This document shows, piece by piece, positions 1 through 12,175 of a stretch of DNA of 60,915 nucleotides. The position numbers and the translations under genes were made by a program. Within the stretch, counting starts at the first letter, position 1. The number at the start of each line of letters is the position of its first letter. The notes beneath the pieces are model-generated. The model saw only the letters and a program-made list of their open reading frames with translations, had not been told where the DNA came from and did no database searches. This stretch comes from Macrostomum lignano. Taxonomy: Eukaryota. The stretch is from contig NIVC01004093.1 of NCBI GenBank assembly GCA_002269645.1, forward strand, positions 1-60,915, in the 5' to 3' direction.

Positions 1-280
1 TGTCTCATCCTAGAAATGATTATGACTCATCCTAGAAATGATTTTGTCTCACCCTAGAAATGATTATGTCTCATCCTAGAAATGATTTTGTCTCACCCTA
101 GAATTGATTTTGTCTCACCCTAGAAATGATTTTGTCTCATCCTAGAAATGATTATGACTCATCCTAGAAATGATTTTGTCTCACCTAGAAATGATTATGA
201 CTCATCCTAGAAATGATTTTGTCTCACCCTAGAAATGATTATGACTCATCCTAGAAGTAATTTTGTCCGATCCTAGAAAT
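1..280. repeat. 22-bp minisatellite (ATCCTAGAAATGATTTTGTCTC)
   Basis: Direct tandem units. Confidence 0.9.
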
Positions 281-460
281 GATTTTGGGTCCCCTTGGAC
301 TGATAGTTTTATAGTTAGGGAAATTTTTAGAAGAGAATTATCAAGAGTCAAAAAAGCAACAAGGAGTTCCACTGTAAAAAACAGTGCATCATATTTTACG
401 AGTGTGTTCACTCCGCCTTGCTGCGCGACCCAGCAAGGCCACGCTGTTGCCAAGCCCCAA

Positions 461-3400
461 TTACCATAGACAGCAACGTAACGAGCCAACCAGACAGATT
501 AGGTAAACAATCAAAATCCCCATAGCAACTAATTTGTCGCTAATTGCCACAGTATCTACAGTCAGATTAACGGCTCCCGTAAGCAGATTAGCCAATAGGA
601 AATAAGCCAGACTACACCGGCCAATCAGAGCTAGCACAGGCGAACACGACCGATCGATGGAGCCGAGGCAGAGCAGCCGGCCGATGGTGAGCATCAACAG
701 CACCTGACAGCAGGCGGCTAGGCAGGTGATCAGGAATCCGGCATTGAACAGAAGCCGAGAAGCTCAGTTACGATAGGCGGCAACTTGACAGAGGCCACAG
801 TCAGGGCCCATGGCAGGGCCACGATGGCTAGCAGTAGCAGGGCCACGAGATCAGGCGGTTGGCGTCTGGGATGACGAGAGGATTGAATAATTATTGTAGC
901 GGTTAACTGTTAGTTTATTTCAGAAACTTGTGCTATAGATCACTATAGATCGTATGATATAGACATCCTAATACAAAAATTGATTGTTTATAGACAACAT
1001 TGATCATAGTCTATAGAAACGCTATAGAGATCCCAGTCTATAAACACGTCATATAGATCCTAGAGTATAAAAAACGCCATATATAAATAGATCCCAGTCT
1101 AAACACGCGCTATATATAGATAGATCCCAGTCTATAGATACACTACATAGATCCCAGTCTATAGATACACTACATAGATCCACTACATAGATACACTACA
1201 TAGACGCTATTATTCTGGTGCTTGACTGGGTGCTACGGACTGCTCTGCCTTCCAACGACGACGGCTTCCTGCTGCGGCGACGCGTGGGTCGACGCCAACC
1301 GGAGAGACGGCTCAGCGTGCCTGGCTACGCCGATGACCTCGCCCTGCTGTCCTCGACCGCCGAGGGCGCCCAACGACAGCTGGATAGGCTGGTTGCCGTT
1401 GCGGCGAGCGTCGGCCTGGTGGTCAACACGCAGAAGACCGTCGTGCTATGCGTGCCGGACGACACGAGGTTGCAATCTTCTGCCGAGGCGCTGACGGACA
1501 GGCGAGTGAGCTTCCAAGATGTCAGCAGTTCGTCTACCTCGGCGGTCTGGTTCCCGACGTTCGCGAGGATCTGCGGCGTCGCCGAGGACTTGCCTGGGCT
1601 GCCTTTCGTTCTATAGGTCAGTCCTGCAGTCCGAGGCCCTACCGGACCGCCAGAGGGCGGCGCTGTTCCAGGCGGTGATCGAAACCGTCCTGTTATACAA
1701 CGCCGAGACCTGGACGCTGACAGACTCGCGCTCGAGGCTCAAGTCGACGCGGCGCACGCTGGCCTGCTGCGCGCCGCCTTCAAGATCGGCAACGAGCGAG
1801 TCACCAACATGGCGCTCTACCATCGCGCCGGCCTGGCCCGTCCTAGCGATCTGCTGCGCCGTTGGCGACTCCAGCTGGCAGGCCACGTCATCCGCGCCGA
1901 GGCCTACTGTCCGGAGCCGGTGCAGGAGGCTGCTGCTACTTACGTTGCAGGCACCCTACCGGCGGGGACAAGCGAGGACACGGCGCTACGTCGACTGTCT
2001 GCTGGCTGACGCCGGCGCCCCGGACTCTGCCGGCGGTGCGGCCTTTGTTTGCGCCCAAGCTTCGAAGCGTGCCATCTGACGTTGCTTTTTACGACCCGGC
2101 AGCGTACTCTGTTGTTTTGTTGTATAGATCCCAGTCTATAGATACACTACATAGATCCCAGTCTATAGATACACTACATAGATCCCAGTCTATAGATACA
2201 CTACATAGATCCAGTCTATAGATACACTACATAGATCCCAGTCTATAGATACACTACATAGATCCAGTCTATAGATACACTACATAGATCCCAGTCTATA
2301 GATACACTACATAGATCCCAGTCTATAGACACGCCATATATTGATTCCAGTCTATAGAGTATAGATACACTATATAGATCCCAATCTATAGATATACTAT
2401 ATAGATCCGGGTCTTTAGACACGCTATATAGAGCATGGTCTATAGACACGCTGCGCATAGAGTAAGATCTCAGTCTTACGATGTCGAAAGATCTCAATCT
2501 CTAGACACGCTAGAGATACTAGCCTAGCAATGAAACCCGTCGCACCTGCAGCAGTCGACTCAGTTCCGACGCGCAATCGTCGACCAATAGCGGCGCCGGC
2601 GCAATAGATGGCGCAGTAGGGCGGCAGCGACATCAGGCCCTCCTTGTTGGCCACCAGCGGCCACAACAGGTGCCGATCGCCGCTAGCCAAAAGAAACTCG
2701 GCCCCACCGAACGGCAGCACCAGGAGGCAGTGTCCGGCGGCGAGAACCAGCGACCAGAGCCCCGGCCGGCCGGACAGCGCAGGCCAGACCGCTCGGAGAC
2801 AGGCCAGGGTGATGAAGAAGTTCCAGTGCACTCCATACTCGGTGACGTGCTCCTGCGTGTCGTGGATTGTTTGGTTGGAGGCGGGGTTGTTAGCCTTCAT
2901 CCACAACAACATCCTCGGAATAAAACGCCTCGAATGTATGTAAAATTCCAAACAAGATCATTAGCATAAAAATCCCTAATAGATATACCTGTAGATATCC
3001 CCAAGATGAGAATTCCCCAATAAGATCCCCCAGATGAAAAATCCCCAAAAATATCCCCAAGATGAGAAATCCCCAAATATCTTAAGGATGAGAAATCCCC
3101 AATAAGAAAAAATCTTCCAAAATATCCCTTAAATGGGAAATCCCCAAAATTTCCCTAAGATGGAAATTCCCAAAAATATTCGCAAGATTAGAAATCCAAA
3201 TCTCAAGCAAAAATCCTCGAATAGAAAAATCCCTTTAAAAGATCCCAGGATATTACCTGATAATCCGAAGCCTTCACAGCCAGAGTCCTCGCCAGTCCGA
3301 GCAGCGCCAGCGGCAGACAGGCGCCAACCAGGGATCGGCGCCATCGCGACATTGAAAACGGAGTCGGCGCCGGCGCCAGCAAGCCGCTGGCGAAGGCAAA

Positions 3401-3796
3401 CGCCGGAGCGCCGACGTCCATGAGACCGACGCCGGCGGACTCGGCCTTGGCCAAGCGGCGGGGCATGGCCGGGAAATCCACGGCCAGAATGGCGACGGAT
3501 GTCTGCAGCAGCAGGAGGGCCTGCGGAATGAAGGGTGGGCGGGGACTGTCCGTGTAACCTCTTTTCTTGATGAATCTGTGTGCTTGGGGCGAAGTGTGCG
3601 TCTGTCTGTCCGTCTGTCTATTTGCTTGTCTATCTGTCTGTCTGTCTGTCTGTCTGTGTCTGTCTGTCTATCTGTCTGCCTGTCTGTCTGTCTGTCCCTC
3701 TGTCTGTCTGTGTCTGTCTGTGTCTATCTGTCTGCCTGTCTGTGTCTGTCTGTCTGTCTGTCTGTCTATCTGTCTGCCTGTCTGTCTGTCTGTCTA

Positions 3797-3827
<31 letters not shown>

Positions 3828-3840
3828 GTCTGCCTGTCTG

Positions 3841-3895
<55 letters not shown>

Positions 3896-4130
3896 GTCTG
3901 CCTGTCTGTGTCTGCCTGTCTGTGTCTGCCTGTCTGTTTCTGCCTGTCTGTGTCTGCCTGTCTGTGTCTGCCTGTCTGTGTCTGCCTGTCTGTGTCTGTC
4001 TGTCTGTCTGTCTGTCTGTGTCTGCCTGTCTGTGTCTGCCTGTCTGTGTCTGTCTGTCTGTCTGTCTGTCTATCTGTCTGCCTGTCTGTCTGTCTGTCTA
4101 TCTGTCTGCCTGTCTGTGTCTGTCTGTCTT

Positions 4131-4211
<81 letters not shown>

Positions 4212-4214
4212 TTG

Positions 4215-4257
<43 letters not shown>

Positions 4258-4690
4258 GTGTGTCTGTCTGTCTGTCACGCACCTGGAATTCCTTGAACAG
4301 CGGCCTGGGCTGGGGCGGCTCGACAACAAAGTCAAAGTTGTTCCGCTGAGCGAAGGGCAGCAGCAGCAGCAGGCAGGCGGCAGCGGCGCAGACCAGTTCG
4401 GTCACGTGATCGGCCAGGACTGTCAGCTGCAGCACCGCCGAGCAGCAGAGAAGACCGGCTTCAAGCCAGCCAATCAGACGCAACAGACGACTGTTGCCAT
4501 GGCAACAGCATCGCAGCTGAGCGGTCAGCGCCAGCAGCAGACAGGGCAGGGTGAGATGCAGCCAGATTTCCACCAGACTGCATCCGCCGTGACCCGAGAC
4601 GAACGCTTCGTGCGCGGCTTTTCGAGTCGCCTTGTCGCCATGGTTACTAGGGCTACTACTAATATTAGTTAACGTTGCCATGGAGACCAT
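461..4690 (-). CDS. PIGW: GPI inositol acyltransferase PIG-W/GWT1 (4 exons)
   Basis: Exons ~4690/4641-4283, 3520-3257, 2852-2546 and 865-461, with GT-AG junctions in matching phase. Motifs: HEAFVSG, AILAVDFPAMPRRLAKAE..G.GLMDVG, YQEHVTEYGVHWNFFITL, NKEGLMSL, FLLANLLTGAVNL. The last exon needs frame correction (probable missing bases), and the start codon is ambiguous. Confidence 0.92.
940..2460. repeat. ~27-bp minisatellite (ATAGATCCCAGTCTATAGATACACTAC) split by the LINE
   Basis: Units at ~940-1210 and 2123-2460. Confidence 0.85.
1211..2122 (+). mobile_element. 5'-truncated, frameshifted RTE-like non-LTR retrotransposon in PIGW last intron
   Basis: RT motifs YADDLALL, GLVVNTQKT, FVYLGG and ETVLLYNAETWTL are spread over three frames, with a short (GTT)-rich tail. 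Confidence 0.8.
3595..4276. repeat. (TGTC)n microsatellite, PIGW intron 1
   Basis: Direct reading. Confidence 0.95.
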
Positions 4691-5055
4691 AAATTTCGAA
4701 CGTATTAATCAACAGGTAGCTGGAGAACAGGCAGTAGAGATAGCGGAACCAGACCAGCTGGCTGAGGTGGTGCCGCATGCAGCGCAGCGGCGTCAGGAGG
4801 CGGCTGGGAAGCGTGACGAAGAGGGCCGTCGCCGGCGAGGGGTCGAATGCGACAGAGAATGCTCCAGCAGGGCCGGCAGGATGGCCAGGACACCTGCAAG
4901 GCGTTTGTGAACGAAAAGAGTGGCGCTCGGTTAGGCTACGATGTGTCTGCGTTGTGAGAGCGGCCGCTTGATTGACAGACAGACAGAGAAACACGGACAA
5001 GCATAAAGAATGGACAGCAAGAGAGAAGCAGGCAGACAGACGGAGACATACACTA

Positions 5056-5092
<37 letters not shown>

Positions 5093-5329
5093 CACAAAGA
5101 CAGACAGACAGGCAGACAGACAGAGAGACAGAACAGACAGCCAGACGGACAGACACCAGACAGACAGACAGACAGACAGATAAACAGACAGACCGTCAGA
5201 TAGACATTAAGAGACAGACAGACACACATAACAGACAGACAGACAGACAGACATGAAAAACAGACAGACAGTCAGATAGACATTAAGAGACAGACAGACA
5301 GACAGTCAAACAGACAGACAGACACACAA

Positions 5330-5361
<32 letters not shown>

Positions 5362-6921
5362 GTGACACACAGACAGTCAGCTCACCCGAATACTTCCTAG
5401 CCAGTCCGACAGTCCTCAGCAGCAGCACAGGCACAGGCCTATCCCGACGCAGTCGGTGGCTGGCGCAGCGGCTCAGAGCCCAGCGTTGCAAAGCCCTGTG
5501 ATTGGCGTGGCCGCTCACCCCGCCGCTGTCAAAGGTGGCTAAGCAGTCAATCTGCCACTCGTCAATCAGTCCAGATACGCAATCGTCAATATGAGCCGCC
5601 TGCCAATCAATCGAGTTGCTATCCGGAAGTCTAGAATCGTTCACTATTCGAAGCCTATTGACCGACTGTCCGAACCCTTCGGTCCAAGCGAGTGTCAGCT
5701 CGGACACGCGAATATCGCCAAGTCCGTAATAATTGCCGGTGGATAAGCAGGCCAGATACAGTTCCCAACGATGGTTGCTAGGCGACTCAGACTGGGCGGA
5801 TAGGGCCAACAATAGAGGCGCAAAGAACATGCATTCGTCGTCCGGATGAGCGGTAACCAATAGCAACCGGAGAGGCGACTGTTCAGATGTGGCTGCGCTC
5901 TGTGCGAAAAAGGGTGTCAGACTCTGTTTGAGAATCTGAGAGGGTGTCAGACTCTGTTTAAGAATCTGAGAGGGTGTCAGACTCTGTTTAAGAATCTGAG
6001 AGGGTGTCAGACTCTGTTTGAGAATCTGAGAGGGTGTCAGACTCTGTTTAAGAATCTGAGAGGGTGTCAGACTCTGTTTGAGAGTCTGAGACGGTGTCAG
6101 ACTCTGTTTTAGAATCTGAGAGGTGTCAGACTCTGTTTTAAGAATCTGAGAGGTGTCAGACTCTGTTTGAGAATCTGAGAGGGTGTCAGACTCTGTTTAA
6201 GAATCTGAGAGGTGTCAGACTCTGTTTGAGAATCTGAGAGGGTGTCAGACTCTGTTTTAGAATCTGAGGGTGTCAGACTCTGTTTTAGAATCTGAGAGGG
6301 TGTCAGACTCAGTTTGAGGATGCAAGAGGGTGTCAGACTCTGTTTGATGATCTGAGAGGGTGTCAGACTCTGTTTGATGATCTGAGAGGGTGTCAGACTC
6401 TGTTTTAGAATCTGAGAGGGTGTCAGACTCTGTTTTAGAATCTGAGAGGGTGTCAGACTCTGTTTGAGAATCTGAGAGGGTGTCAGACTCTGTTTTAGAA
6501 TCTGAGAGGGTGTCAGACTCTGTTTGAGAATCTGAGAGGGTGTCAGACTCTGTTTGAGAATCTGAGAGGGTGTCAGACTCTGTTTGAGAATCTGAGAGGG
6601 TGTCAGACTCTGTTTGAGAATCTGAGAGGGTGTCAGACTCTGTTTGAGAATCTGAGAGGGTGTCAGACTCTGTTTGAGAATCTGAGAGGGTGTCAGACTC
6701 TGTTTGAGAATCTGAGAGGGTGACAAACCCTCGAGAACTCTTGCCGACAGAAAAGGCCATATCAGATAAATAAAAAACCTCCTCACCGGGTCTCTCAAGC
6801 CAATTAGCTGGTTGCCAAGTCGCAGCAAGCAATTGTTACTCAAACGACAAGCTATCAGGTAGACTGCAACAATCAGTACTGTGAGAGATATTAACAGAAT
6901 TGACAGCGTCAGATGCGACGG
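4665..6921 (-). CDS. PIGL: N-acetylglucosaminyl-PI de-N-acetylase PIG-L
   Basis: Exons 6921-6787 (hydrophobic anchor LTLSILLISLTVLIVAVYLI), 5899-5386 (AHPDDE, CLSTGNYYGLG, TFDSGGVSGHANH) and 4893-4665 (HLSQLVWFRYLYCLFSSY, stop 4667-4665). One -1 frame slip near 4839-4842. A possible initiator micro-exon ATGTATACC|GTAAGT lies at 8438-8430. Confidence 0.92.
4970..5380. repeat. (ACAG)n microsatellite, PIGL intron
   Basis: Direct reading. Confidence 0.93.
5911..6724. repeat. 30-bp minisatellite (GAGGGTGTCAGACTCTGTTTGAGAATCTGA), PIGL intron
   Basis: Direct tandem units. Confidence 0.95.
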
Positions 6922-7067
6922 CTGAGTGGGGGAATCACCTGCCGAACTTGGTAGCTGGGACTGAAAACGGTGTTTAGCGAGTAGACTGCAGACTTTTTTT
7001 TACCAAATACCTGGGGTAATGCAATACCTATTACAGGATTACAGGCCAATCTAAAACCACTTACAAG

Positions 7068-7885
7068 ACACCTTCAGCCACTTACAAGACACCTTCAGCC
7101 ACTTACAAGACACCTTCAGCCACTTACAAGACACCTACAGCCATTTACAAGACACCTACAGCCACTTACAAGACACCTACAGCCATATACAAGACACCTA
7201 CAGCCATTTACAAGACACCTACAGCCACTTACAAGACACCTACAGCCACTTACAAGACACCTTCAGCCACTTACAAGACACCTTCAGCCACTTACAAGAC
7301 ACCTACAGCCATTTACAAGACACCTACAGCCACTTACAAGACACCTACAGCCATTTACAAGACACCTACAGCCATTTACAAGACACCTACAGCCACTTAC
7401 AAGACACCTACAGCCACTTACAAGACACCCACACTCACTTACAAGACACCTACCACCCACCTACAAGACACCTACACCCACTTACAAGACATCCACACCC
7501 ACTTACAAGACACCCACACCCACTTACAAGACACCTACACCCACTTACAAGACACCCACACCCACTTAAAAGACACCTACATCCACTTACAAGACACCCA
7601 CACCCACTTACAAGACACCTACCACCCACTTACAAGACACCCACACCCACTTACAAGACACCTACCACCCACCTAAAAGACACCTACACCCACTTACAAG
7701 ACACCCACACCCACTTACAAGACACCTACACCCACTTACAAGACACCTACACCCACTTACAAGACATCCACACCCACTTACAAGACACCTACCACCCACC
7801 TAAAAGACACCTACCACCCACCTAAAAGACACCTACACCCACTTACAAGACACCTACACTACCTACAAGACACCTACATCCACTT
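7068..7885. repeat. 21-bp minisatellite (CACTTACAAGACACCTACAGC)
   Basis: Direct tandem units with a variant gradient. Confidence 0.95.
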
Positions 7886-8894
7886 GCACGATACCACCTA
7901 CACTCCTTACCAGATTTCAAAGGCGATTCAGTACAAATTTCAGAAATTGAATAAACAAGAGAGTCGCAAAATCACTTCTAAGACCGTTTAAATTCAACGA
8001 GGTAAAAACGGAATAAATCAGAAGCAAAACATCTCGTTCAACCCTGCTGATAAAGCGATATCTATATTTAAAAAATATATATATATTTACAAACAGAAAT
8101 AGACAGACAGAAACCAACATGAGCTATTATTGAATAAAAACTCAGTTACGTTGTTTTGCAGAAGATGATGCTAACGGACAAACAAACACAGAGGCAAGCA
8201 GAGAAAAATGTGAGAAATCAGATTTTTTAGCACAACAACAAATTAACAGCAAAAGCACACAGCAGGAAAAGTAAGATTATAAAAAACATAATACACATAA
8301 AAATGAGTATTCTAACAACAGGACAACAGCCCTAGTGTCACTTGCTTGAAAGCGTGTTCAGCAAATTGGTCAATATAAGTAGACAGCAAGAAAGGCGATT
8401 GAAAAATAAAGAACCGAGGCAACACTTACGGTATACATACTACTCAGCAGGCAGGCGAGATTAAGTAGTACAGACTGGACGTTAGTTGACAGATTATTTT
8501 TTTCTGCTGGGAAACAAAAAATGAGCTTTTAAATAAACAGAGCTTTGTTAATTTTTCATGCCAAGAACCACACCAACATCGTCACTCATACACACAGCTC
8601 ACACAGGGCGTAAAGCGGCCCTCACCACAGGTGTAAATCGCACAACCAATCCACTTGGTCAATCTGGATGGTAAGAGTCATCAGAGCCTAAAGTGGTTCA
8701 ACTGCACAATCCCCCGAAGAGGGACACTTAAGCTGAGCTAGTCCACATATACTAAAATTTCCAACACTTTGGAGAACAAATTTGTTGCATATTCTAGGAA
8801 CACACATATAATAAATCACAGCTCAGCTGCTGTCACGGTGGAAACAAATTCCCCAAATTTTCCTAGATTCAATAATATACAATGACCGACCGTG

Positions 8895-11718
8895 TTACTG
8901 ACTCAGACGCGGATCTTTGGTTGGTGGACGCTTAGGTGTAGGCGACGGCGACGGAGCAAACGCAATGAAGCCATCGGAGTGCTTGTACTGCTCGGCATTG
9001 TCATAGTTAATCCGATGCAGATGGCCTGAACTGGTTGAATCTGTCCCCATTGACCTCAGACTGTTGAGACGGCCGCCCATGGCTTCTAGGATAGCCTGGC
9101 CAGCGCATAGATCCCATTTTTTTATCGGACCCGCGTGGAGATAGTTGTCAGCTAATCCCTGAATGAACAACCAAGTGGGGATTTTAGTAGTATATTAGTA
9201 TATTTAGATTAATAACCTATGAATATATGAAACACTCTCAAATTTTTAAGACACCGAATGGCTCATGTCGATTACAAGACTACAGATACAATGCAAAATT
9301 CATTCTAAAAAACCGTCAGCGGATGCTGAGATGCTGAATGACTCACATGAAGTTTATAAAATACAAAATGACTTATAGGGAATTGCTATGATTCCAAACG
9401 GCTCATGGGGAATCGTTAGGATGCCAAGTGGCTCATGGGGAATCGCTAGGATGCCAAGTGGCTCATGGGGAATCGCTAGGATGCCAAGTGGCTCATGGGG
9501 AATCGCTGGGATGCCAAGTGGCTCATGGGGAATCGCCCTGATACCAAGTGGCTCATGGGGAATCGCTAGGATGCCAAGTAGCTCATGGGGAATCGCTGGG
9601 ATGCCAAGTGGCTCATGGGGAATCGCTAAGATGCCAAGTGGCTCATGGGGAATCGCCCTGATACCAAGTGGCTCATGGGGAATCGCTAGGATGCCAATTG
9701 GCTCATGGGGAATCGCTAGGATGCAATCGCCAAGTGGCTCATGGAGAATCGCTAGGATGCCAAGTGGCTCATGGGGAATCGCTAGGATTCCAAGTGGCTC
9801 ATGGGGAATCGCTAGGATGCAATCGCCAAGTGGCTCATGGGGAATCGCTAGGATGCAATCGCCAAGTGGCTCATGGGGAATCGCTAGGATGCAATCGCCA
9901 AGTGGCTCATGGAGAATCGCTAGGATGCAATCGCCAAGTGGCTCATGGGGAATCGCTAGGATGCAATCGCCAAGTGGCTCATGGGGAATCGCTAGGATGC
10001 AATCGCCAAGTGGCTCACGGGGAATCGCTGTGATACCAGAGTTTCTAAAGAAGTGTTTAGACACCAAGACTTATAGAAAACGGCTTGTCACGCGGTGCAA
10101 GCCTGAAGTGGTTAAACTGCACAATCCTCCGAAGAGGGACACACACTAGTCTACATATACTACATGTAAAATTTCCAAACTTTTTTCTTACCTTACTAAG
10201 CAGCAGTAGTTTATAACCCGCCCCGGCAGCCGATAACAAGTCGACGGACTCGTTAGGGAACAATTTTCTAGCCGTGCTATTCAATTGAGCGCCCGATGAC
10301 TGCGCGAAATCAGCACCCGCCTTCGTCGGTGACTCTTATCGGCGGCGCCTTTGATGTGTGAGTCCGATTTTAATACGTGCTTATCCAGCACAATAGGTAA
10401 ATTTAATTGCTCTTTTAGACTGTCGGATACGCGAGAATTGCGCCAAGCCCAATAGGTTTTATTAGCGAATGGAAAATGCAGCACGCCTAGCAGGGGTGTG
10501 CCTCGGTAGGCCACGCACACCTGTTTTAGAGGTATTGTTGCTTGCTTATTACTTCATAAGTGCGATTTCTAACTAATTAACTAAATCTCTTTCTCCCCCT
10601 CTAACTCATTGTCTCTATGCTGCATTTCACTGTCTCTCTGCCTCTATCTCACCGTCTCTCGGCCTCTATCTCACCGTCTCTCTGCCTCTATCTTGCTCTC
10701 TCTCTGCCTCTATCTCACTGTCTCTCTGCTTCTATCTCACTATATCTCTGCCTCTATCTCACTGTCTGCCTCTATCTCACTGTCTGCCTCTATCTCACTG
10801 TCTCTCGGCCTCTATCTCACTGTCTCTCTGCCTCTATCTTACTCTCTCTCTGCCTCTATCTCACTGTCTCTGCCTCTATCTCACTGTCTCTCTGCTTCTA
10901 TCTCGCTATATCTCTGCCTCTATCTCACTGTCTCTGCCTCTATCTCACTGTCTCTCTGCCTCTATCTCACTGTCTTTCTGCCTCATCGCAACGTCTATCT
11001 CTGTCTATCTCACGGCATCTGCGTCTAGCTTTTCCTGACATCCCGGTCTCAATAGCTCCTATATTTTACTCACGTATAAGCACATATTAGCAGTTAGATT
11101 TCAAGCCTCTAAGTCAATAAGTTTATTCGTTTTTTTGGCCATCTATTAATAAGTGTTAAGCCGGCTTGGTAATTAAAAACGCACCTGAACAGACACGTAC
11201 TGCAGCAGGTGCTCAGTAAACTCTTGCGTACCATCAAGCGGATCCACCCACACCAGCACATCGTTAGAATTGACAAAGAAGTCGTGTCTCAAAGGCTCCA
11301 AATCTGGATGGCGATGACTGGCCAAAGCCAGGGCCCGATAATCCACTGGGGCCGATTGCGACTCCTCCGACACAACATGTAACCATGGAAACGATTTATG
11401 AAATCCGAATACTAATTCGGCATTCGAAGCTAAATCCGCCTTAGTAACTGGGGGCGCCGAGTCGCTAATCTGAGCACTGGATTTATTAATTTTTGCTGCC
11501 GCTCGATGCCGCAAAATCTGTTGGCCAGCTCGTTCGCACAGCTCAATGCTGACTGACAGCAGCTCCTTGATTGAGACGCCGCGGCCTCTGCCTAGCAGGG
11601 GCATCTCGGTGCGCAGCAGGAACAGCAGTGCCGCTGCACTTATCAGGCAGAAGATGCCCAGCTTGTTTAGCCTGAGACGGCACACCGCCAGCAGTTGGCA
11701 ACGGGTTTGATATTGCTG
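8895..11718 (-). CDS. IMPAD1: Golgi PAP phosphatase, IMPAD1/BPNT2-like (inositol monophosphatase superfamily)
   Basis: Exons ~11718-11185 (N-terminal TM, TKADLASN, VVSEE, WVDPLDGTQEF), 10520-10192 (ISRSH, AGAGYK; one -1 slip near 10290) and 9158-8895 (IKKWDLCAGQAILEAMGG). No in-frame ATG was found at the 5' end. Confidence 0.88.
9375..10030. repeat. 30/36-bp minisatellite, IMPAD1 intron
   Basis: GGATGCCAAGTGGCTCATGGGGAATCGCTA units, some with a 6-bp insertion. Confidence 0.95.
10605..10985. repeat. ~22-bp CT-rich minisatellite, IMPAD1 intron
   Basis: TCTCTGCCTCTATCTCACTG units. Confidence 0.85.
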
Positions 11719-11739
11719 CTTTAGGGTAACTTAGAATTG

Positions 11740-12175
11740 GGGATCTGTGGAGGCCCAGCAACTGAGGACCTGGGAGGCTGGCCCAGCAACTGAGGATCTG
11801 GGAGGCTGGCCCAGCAACTGACACTCTGGGAGGCTGGCCCAGCAACTGACGATCTGGGAGGCTGGCCCAGCAACTGACACTCTGGGAGGCTGGCCCAGCA
11901 ACTGAGGATTTGGGAGGCTGGCCCAGCAACTGAGGATCTGGGAGGCTGGCCCAGCAACTGACACTCTGGGAGGCTGGCCCAGCAACTGACGATCTGGGAG
12001 GCTGGCCCAGCAACTGACACTCTGGGAGGCTGGCCCAGCAACTGAGGATCTGGGAGGCTGGCCCAGCAACTGACGATCTGGGAGGCTGGCCCAGCAACTG
12101 ACACTCTGGGAGGCTGGATCAGAAACTGAAGATCTGGGAGGCTTGCCCAGCAACTGAGGATCTGAGAGGCTGGTG
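11740..12175. repeat. 28-bp minisatellite upstream of IMPAD1
   Basis: CTGGCCCAGCAACTGAGGATCTGGGAGG units. Confidence 0.93.

Noticed and set aside
3567-4672. SVCL-rich ORFs
   Set aside because: (TGTC)n microsatellite antisense to a PIGW intron.
8670-8690. CUGAUGA as a hammerhead core or C box
   Set aside because: No downstream stem II plus GAAA and no clear terminal D box.
5911-12175. Repetitive ORFs (SQILKQSLTP, MPSGSWGIAR etc.) and possible CRISPR-like arrays
   Set aside because: Head-to-tail minisatellites with no unique spacers or cas genes, in a eukaryotic context.
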